A DNA stretch of 63,573 bases, counting the filler, from Craspedostauros australis (Eukaryota), in the NCBI GenBank assembly GCA_030167865.1. It is 25 parts of 25 records of this genome, joined end to end, with 100 filler letters (N's around TTAATTAATTAA, not from the genome) between each part and the next. Parts side by side here need not be neighbours in the genome. Positions count along the whole stretch, not along the records: positions 57,291 to 63,573 come from JALAGF010002073.1; 24 more parts are not named here. One strand, 5' to 3'. A program made the position numbers and the translations under genes. This document shows, piece after piece, positions 59,342-63,573 of the stretch. The notes beneath the pieces are model-generated. The model was not told where the DNA came from and did no database searches. It worked only from the letters and a program-made list of their open reading frames with translations. Position 1 is the first letter of the stretch; each line of letters opens with the position of its first letter.

Positions 59342-60088
59342 AAACTCGTGGACAGAACGGATTTTACAAAGGGCCTTGCAGTTATGCGCCATGACACACC
59401 GCAAGAGCAGAAGTATGCAAAGATATCGTATCCAAGTTCCATGGGTGCGTCCCAGCAGATCAACCGTCACTGCTGCAGCTCAAGGGGATCGGGAAGGTGC
59501 TTGCAGACCTGTTGGCGACAGTCAACGCACCACACGTTCATCATGAGATGGCCAAGGCGACACCAACAGCAACGGAGGCGGAAACAGCGGAGGCGGCAAC
59601 AACAGCGGAAGAGCCAACCGACAAAACGGATAGAGATTGCATTCGTATGAACACCTCAACAGGGTGAAGCATCTCACGCACTCAATGAACTGCAACTAAT
59701 TTAGTGCTGCATTCAGAACAACAGCACTACCCGTTTGTGCGTGTAAACGAATGAAACATCAATGCATGTGCGATCGGCGACTTCTTCCAGTAAAGTCGCA
59801 ACTTGTCCAGCAATCCTTCTCCATTCCTCCATCGCAACAGGCTACCAATATTCTGCCTTCCTGGTCGTCGTTCAGGAATGTTGGAGATGATCTATCATAC
59901 TCCTACTAAGTTCCTCTCTGGAATAGTTGCCCCCAGCCGGATCGCACCTGCGGCAACAGCCACCACACCAGGATCGTGGTTTTCCTCTCGCCTCTTTTGT
60001 GATTGGTGCCTTGCAATCCTTATCGTTGCATTCGTACGTAGCCGCCGTGACCTCCACAATCTTCGCAACCACAGTCGCTGCCCCAACC

Positions 60089-63000
60089 TCAGAAAGTGCC
60101 AGAGATCAGCATCTTGGCACGGATCTCATCCTGCGGATTGTACGACACGCTGTGCAAGAGACGGATCATCTCAGACCTGCTGTTGGGGTGGCCCCATTTC
60201 TCCAGCACCATGCCTTCCATCTGCTTCCCGTAGCACACCGCCTTCAAACATGAAGCACGGGATCCAGGCCTCCCGCCATTCTCGGTACGATCCCCTTTGC
60301 GACCTCGACCTCGACCTTGACCGCCGTCGTTTGCAAGCCCGGAAGCGCTGCCACTGCCATTGCCGTTGGTATTCGCACTTGCAAGGTCTTTCAAGACGCC
60401 ACGGAGCTCCTCGAGCACCTGGCCAAACACGGTCGATTCCGTGGCCAGCTCGCGCAGGTTCGAGTCGGTCAGATCCTTCTGCGTGCGAATCCAATCCAAC
60501 CACAGCTGCGTATCGCACCACAGGCAGTAAGACCACAGCTCGGCGGCCATCCGCTGCGACCAGGATTCATCCTCCACGCACGAGCACACCATCAGCGCAA
60601 TGAAGCACAGGCGGACGCGTTCCTCGGTGTGGCTCGTCTTGCCGAGCTTGTCCAGAGCGACCTTGACAAGTTGGTGCGGGGCCATCAGCGCTTCTGATCC
60701 TGTGGTCACGCGGGCCTCGGCTTCGCTATCCATCGCGTTGCTGGATTCGCCTTCCGTCAGCATCTGCTGACAATTCACGAGGTCCAAACGCCGCTCGATG
60801 TCATCACCGCGATCCAGCACGCTTCGGCTCTTGGTCACGTTCAACCTCTGCGACAGCTTGGCCATGCTCAAGGACCACAGGATGTTCTTTGTCGTGGCGG
60901 CCATCCCCTTTGCGCCCTCTTGACGGTCGCCTGTGATGTCATCGGCACGATTGGCATCATCGACATCATCGACACCGGCACATCGATGCAGCAACGAATC
61001 AGTGGCGCCGTCGTAATCACCCTGCCGGATGTGCTGGACCCATCGGTACGGTCGCAATCGCTCATCTTGCCTGAGGAGGGCGTTGAGGTCCTTCGGCGAG
61101 TGCCTTCCGTAGTTCAGCACGTGACCGAACATGCCCTTGTCGACGTGCCACTGCAGCACGAACTGGGCAAAGGTGGATCCGGACAGCAGATCGACCTGTT
61201 CCGTTTCATCCAGCAACCGATCCAGCGCATACGAGGATGCATCTCGCTTCTTCTCGTGATCGGCGGATATCTGGCAGATGGCCTCGAAGTGACCATACTG
61301 CACGGACAGGTCGAACGCCGTCTCATCGTCGCCTCCGTTGATCATCCGCAACAACCCAATGCACAGCACCTTCACCTTGGCATACTGCTTCTTCGAGTCT
61401 CTGTCGCTGTCTTCGCAAGACTCTCCGAACGACCGAAGGGTGGCTGCCACCACCGTCTCCGCCTGATCCATGTCCAACCCCACGCCCAGTGACGCCTCGC
61501 GTCGGAGGTGCTTGATCTGCCGCAGCAGCACCGACTGGAAGGATGGATGACTCAGGAATGGTCGGAACTCGCCCGCGGCGGTGCTGGATCCAAACTCGAA
61601 TGGCTGGTCGTCAGGGACGTCGTAGAATGTGACGGCGCGCTCATCCCTGTAGAATGAAGCCATGTGCAGACAGTGGTGCAGCCACGAGGCCCATGTTGGA
61701 GCATGCGGCCAGTTGGTCTGCTCCTCCTGCGTCAGGATCTTCAACAGCCAATCTGCGATGTCATATGACTGCAGCTTGGAGAGCTGGTCCTGCTCCCACG
61801 ACCCCTCCGCTCGGTGATTGCTCAAGGTATCAAAGACGGCCAGCTGCTGACCGATTGACAGAAGCTGGTATCGGCAGGTTGTTGACAGAGATCGGTACAG
61901 TCCGCCGTTCTGCAGCAGCTGGATGAGCGTGGCGTGCCATTCCAGCGGGTTCTGGGCCGATGACTTGTCCACCTTGTGCTGCAGCTCCTTGGCGAAAGCG
62001 ATCACGGCCACCTCCAGGTCCTCAGCATCGGCCTGCGTGAGGCTGGGTGGCAGCAGACGTCCGTTGATGATGGATTCGTCCGTGTTCTGATAGGACTGCC
62101 AAAAGACCGATCGCAGATGAGACATGAGGGTTTGGATGAGTGCCATGCTGGCTGGGGTTGCGCTGTCGCCGCTTCGGAGCCGTTTGATTGGAGGACCGAA
62201 TTTGGAGGACCTGGAACGAATGAGACGGACGCGGATTCCCAATCCCGATGTTGTGATCGCGGTGAAGCCATGTGTGACGGTATCCTTTGCGAATGCATCT
62301 GGTAGCAGGGCGGGAACTTGCGTGGTTGGCAAGTCAACCTCATGGATGATGTCTCCCTCTTGCTGATTGCCGTCAGCACTGTGAACGACATCGCTGTCGC
62401 TGTCGCGGTTGCTGTTGTCCCTGTTGCTGGTATTGTTGATGTTATTGTTGCTCGAAACTGCCATGATGATGTTGGTGTTGTGGTTGATGGAGTTGGATGC
62501 CAGCGAGCAGAATGATCCGTAGACGATGCCATTCGCAGCTGATAGCAGTGCCAGCACCTGGACGTGAGAGGGAACTGCAAAGCGTGAGAGCCACTGTGCC
62601 CGAACTAACCGGAACGATGGTGGAGACCGAGACTTGGCATTGCCAGAACTGCTGTTACTGTTGTCGGTGGTGGCGGTGGTGTCAGAGATGATTGTACCTT
62701 CCAACCAAAAGAGCTTGGACTCGTTGCCACGGTTGGCACGGACGATTGCATGGATGGAATCATGCTCTTTGTTACCACCCATCATGGTATCATCAGACAT
62801 CTCAATTCCACTCGACGATGCCAACGATGATGACGATGGTGCATCGCTGAGAGTGACTCGAATGACGTTGATGCTGACGTTGCCATTGTTGCTGAGACCT
62901 CCTGCAAACAGCCATGGTTGTTGGGCAGTCAATTGGCGGTTGTTGTGATTGACGAGGAGATTCCCGATCTGGCACGCAGCGAAAGATGCGTGGTGGGCAT

Positions 63001-63571
63001 CTGCCACGGTTGGAGTGATCATCCATCGGGTGACATCTCCCGGTGACGTGACCGAGTACATCGTGTAAACTCCACCCTTGGTCGACGATGGGGTGGATTT
63101 GATGATGATCTGTTGGATGGGATGACCGATGCTCGGTGTCTTGCCACTGCCACTGCCAACACCGGTGCCATATGAAACGGTGGACACCAATCCAGATGCG
63201 ATGCGTGACAGAATCCCGGATGAAGCAGAGCTATCCTGCATCAGACGAACGTGTAAGCCGGCGGGAACGAGAGTATGCGTGATCCAGTACAGTCTACCCC
63301 ACGATGTTCCGATCACCACGATCCCACCATTTGGCGAGATGGACAGCGTCGTCGCGCTCTCCCCTTCCTCCAGATCGATGCGCACAGTGGTCGTCTTGCC
63401 AGGCAGAGGCAACCGAGAGTGCAGATCAGCCTTGGTGATCTTCCTCAGTGTCAAGATCCCGGTTGCGGCATGCAGAGCGAAGAGGTTGACTGCATCTCCG
63501 CGATCCCCAATCGATGCTCGCAGACCCAGGAAGATGCGTTGGTCTGTAGCGTTGGTAGCCGCCGGGCTATC
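60089..63571 (-). CDS. NUP133: Nuclear pore protein Nup133-like, 5' partial (frame open to the window end)
   Basis: More than 1150 aa; beta-rich N-terminal half and helical C-terminal half. AFDLSVQYGHFEAICQI, YRWVQHIRQGDYDGATDSLL and LSMAKLS match Nup133 C-terminal motifs. Confidence 0.75.
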   Translation of the reverse strand, partial: DSPAATNATDQRIFLGLRASIGDRGDAVNLFALHAATGILTLRKITKADLHSRLPLPGKTTTVRIDLEEGESATTLSISPNGGIVVIGTSWGRLYWITHTLVPAGLHVRLMQDSSASSGILSRIASGLVSTVSYGTGVGSGSGKTPSIGHPIQQIIIKSTPSSTKGGVYTMYSVTSPGDVTRWMITPTVADAHHASFAACQIGNLLVNHNNRQLTAQQPWLFAGGLSNNGNVSINVIRVTLSDAPSSSSLASSSGIEMSDDTMMGGNKEHDSIHAIVRANRGNESKLFWLEGTIISDTTATTDNSNSSSGNAKSRSPPSFRLVRAQWLSRFAVPSHVQVLALLSAANGIVYGSFCSLASNSINHNTNIIMAVSSNNNINNTSNRDNSNRDSDSDVVHSADGNQQEGDIIHEVDLPTTQVPALLPDAFAKDTVTHGFTAITTSGLGIRVRLIRSRSSKFGPPIKRLRSGDSATPASMALIQTLMSHLRSVFWQSYQNTDESIINGRLLPPSLTQADAEDLEVAVIAFAKELQHKVDKSSAQNPLEWHATLIQLLQNGGLYRSLSTTCRYQLLSIGQQLAVFDTLSNHRAEGSWEQDQLSKLQSYDIADWLLKILTQEEQTNWPHAPTWASWLHHCLHMASFYRDERAVTFYDVPDDQPFEFGSSTAAGEFRPFLSHPSFQSVLLRQIKHLRREASLGVGLDMDQAETVVAATLRSFGESCEDSDRDSKKQYAKVKVLCIGLLRMINGGDDETAFDLSVQYGHFEAICQISADHEKKRDASSYALDRLLDETEQVDLLSGSTFAQFVLQWHVDKGMFGHVLNYGRHSPKDLNALLRQDERLRPYRWVQHIRQGDYDGATDSLLHRCAGVDDVDDANRADDITGDRQEGAKGMAATTKNILWSLSMAKLSQRLNVTKSRSVLDRGDDIERRLDLVNCQQMLTEGESSNAMDSEAEARVTTGSEALMAPHQLVKVALDKLGKTSHTEERVRLCFIALMVCSCVEDESWSQRMAAELWSYCLWCDTQLWLDWIRTQKDLTDSNLRELATESTVFGQVLEELRGVLKDLASANTNGNGSGSASGLANDGGQGRGRGRKGDRTENGGRPGSRASCLKAVCYGKQMEGMVLEKWGHPNSRSEMIRLLHSVSYNPQDEIRAKMLISGTF

Positions 63572-63573
63572 GG

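Noticed and set aside
59803..60603. 266-aa plus-strand ORF, and similar antisense ORFs over the ankyrin, gag and ATPase genes
   Set aside because: Shadow ORFs opposite real coding sequence

Overview
This window is not one locus. It is about 25 short unplaced contigs of a eukaryotic draft assembly, joined by 24 artificial 100-nt N-TTAATTAATTAA-N linkers. Gene families, GT-AG introns, TTAGGG-type repeats and CoDi-like Copia and RNase H-bearing LINE elements point to a diatom, probably pennate (inference). Housekeeping genes are a divergent spliced importin-alpha, the Rsm22/METTL17 3' end (two haplotypes) and Nup133. Transposable elements are many: Copia gag/pol fragments, three LTR or repeat families, a LINE with RNase H, and mariner-, piggyBac- and Sola-like transposases. 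There is also a set of recognition-type genes: two ankyrin-BTB proteins whose internally homogenised 102-bp repeats vary at the ligand-binding positions, two strongly diverged versions of a 750-aa ankyrin protein next to a near-invariant housekeeping gene, two LRR receptor-like genes (one hit by three separate LTR insertions) and a COG3899-type STAND ATPase. The best candidates for new biology are the ankyrin-BTB 'natural DARPin' family and the hypervariable ankyrin locus. Next are a repeat ending in internal (CCCTAA)n tracts, a piggyBac end on ATAT, and an importin-alpha with a degenerate NLS groove. All family calls come from motif recognition by eye, with no database search.
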